From: Candidatus Omnitrophota bacterium
Lineage (GTDB): Bacteria > Omnitrophota > Gorgyraeia > Zapsychrales > Zapsychraceae
Length of the DNA stretch: 64,000 nt
Assembly (NCBI GenBank): GCA_029261065.1
Contig: JAJDCB010000026.1
Coordinates: forward strand, 18,715 to 82,714
Direction: 5' to 3'
Below, piece by piece: positions 62,745-64,000 of this stretch. The notes under the pieces are model-generated. The model saw only the letters and a program-made list of their open reading frames with translations. It was not told the DNA's origin and did no database searches. The translations under genes and the position numbers were made by a program. Positions within the stretch are counted from its first letter, which is position 1, and every line of letters starts with the position of its first letter.

Positions 62745-63377
62745 ATGCCAGCAGTTCTAACAAAACAAGATCGCAAATTAGTAAAAGACGCTTTGTGGGA
62801 TAATAACCCCGTCACGTTACAAGTGTTAGGGATCTGTTCTGCTTTGGCTGTAACCGTGCAATTAAAAACGGCCTTGGTTATGTGTGGGGCTCTAACGTTT
62901 GTTCTTACGTTATCCAATGTCAGCATTTCGTTATTAAGAAATTTTATTCCTTCAAAGATACGTATTATTGTCGAGTTATCTATAATTTCTTCGCTTGTTA
63001 TTTTGGCAGATCAATTTTTAAAAGCGTACATGTTTGAAGTGAGCAAAGCTTTAAGTGTTTTTGTTGGATTGATTATTACAAATTGTATTGTTATGGGACG
63101 AGCGGAAGCTTTTGCCATGGCCAATGGTCCTTGGAAATCATTTATGGATGGCCTTGGAAATGCTCTTGGTTATAGTGCTGTTTTGATTTTGGTAGCTATT
63201 CCACGTGAGCTTCTTGGTTCAGGATCATTGTTGGGATTTAAACTTATTCCAGATGCGATGTATGAGGCCGGATATGTTGACTGCGGTATGATGGTGTTGG
63301 CTCCCGGAGCTTTTTTCTTATTAGGTATTATTATATGGATTCAAAGAGCCATTAGTGGTTATAGCGAAGCTAATTAA
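62745..63377 (+). CDS. nqrD: Na+-NQR subunit D
   Basis: [35 protein letters not shown]. Confidence 0.96.
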   Translation: MPAVLTKQDRKLVKDALWDNNPVTLQVLGICSALAVTVQLKTALVMCGALTFVLTLSNVSISLLRNFIPSKIRIIVELSIISSLVILADQFLKAYMFEVSKALSVFVGLIITNCIVMGRAEAFAMANGPWKSFMDGLGNALGYSAVLILVAIPRELLGSGSLLGFKLIPDAMYEAGYVDCGMMVLAPGAFFLLGIIIWIQRAISGYSEAN

Positions 63378-63381
63378 GGGT

Positions 63382-63608
63382 AGATTGTAGATTATATTGC
63401 TCACAAGAATTATCAAGATACAAGTAACAAGAAATCCGGCCGTTGGCCGGACCTCGGCATCACTGGATGCCGGGCAAAAAAGAAACAAAAATCAATGACC
63501 AAACAGTTTAGTATGTTTGATTATTAATAAATTTTTAATTGATGTTTGAATATTTTTTGTATCTTGTGTCTTGTAACTTGGTTATTCTTGCTGCGGTAAT
63601 TGTAATCT
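63382..63608. repeat. Long imperfect palindrome built of CAAGnnA heptamers, with a 40-nt twin-hairpin insert in the left arm
   Basis: Left arm CAAGAATTAT-CAAGATA-CAAGTAA-CAAGAAA-[63435-63474]-CAAAAAA; right arm reverse complement CAAGAATAAC-CAAGTTA-CAAGACA-CAAGATA-CAAAAAA. Confidence 0.85.
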
Positions 63609-63626
63609 TTTAAAGGGAGTTGTCAT

Positions 63627-64000
63627 ATGCTCGAACATTATTTAAGTTTAGCTGTTAAAAGTATTTTCGTTGAAAATATTTTATTAGCTTATTTTCTTGG
63701 CATGTGTTCTTTTTTGGCGTGTTCAAAAAAGATTGAGACGGCCATTGGTCTTGGAATAGCCGTGACATTTGTTTTGATTGTAACTTGTCCAGCCAATTGG
63801 GCTATTAATACATTTCTTCTTAAAAGAGGAGCTTTGGCTTGGGCTGGGTTGCCTGAGGCTGACTTTAGCTTTTTAAGTTTTATCGCTTTTATTGCGGTTA
63901 TCGCGACGATGGTACAAATTGTCGAACTTGTTTTAGATCGTTATAGTCCAAAATTATATGCAGCTCTTGGAATTTTTCTTCCTCTTATCGCTGTAAACTG
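63627..64000 (+). CDS. nqrE: Na+-NQR subunit E, partial
   Basis: Manual translation [31 protein letters not shown]...[11 protein letters not shown]; GGGAG RBS; runs off window end. Confidence 0.95.
   Translation, partial: MLEHYLSLAVKSIFVENILLAYFLGMCSFLACSKKIETAIGLGIAVTFVLIVTCPANWAINTFLLKRGALAWAGLPEADFSFLSFIAFIAVIATMVQIVELVLDRYSPKLYAALGIFLPLIAVN

Overview
AT-rich bacterial chromosome segment spanning the replication origin. Genes left of about 25.5 kb run mostly on the minus strand (dnaA-dnaN-dciA-gyrB-gyrA-tRNA-Glu). Genes to the right run on the plus strand (rpmH-yidD-yidC-jag_N-parS-parAB-ndk-yicC-gmk-rpoZ-coaC, a tRNA cluster, thrS-infC-rpmI-rplT, trkAH, pheS-X-pheT, 6S RNA, rarA, ygfA, rny, ymdB, PilZ, gltX, a three-gene trehalose cluster, sucCD, a Pta-N-like protein, nqrABCDE). 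The gene complement suggests a diderm, probably saline-habitat lineage such as Ca. Omnitrophota (inference only). Most notable observations: (1) a partial Tad/Cpa pilus locus with a secretin carrying a C-terminal TonB-C-like domain and a fused CpaE-CpaF protein; (2) several families of small palindromic intergenic elements, including a twin-hairpin module that interrupts both the T-loop of a duplicated tRNA-Val and one arm of a heptamer-repeat palindrome inside the nqr operon, and a 4-copy REP-like element, two copies of which share a 16-mer containing the start codon of unrelated downstream genes; (3) rnpA and recF missing from their canonical origin positions, and several domain-trimmed core proteins; (4) a putative C-methyl-aminosugar surface-glycosylation cassette and a possible OtsA-independent trehalose route. 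All family calls come from motif recognition by eye, not database searches.
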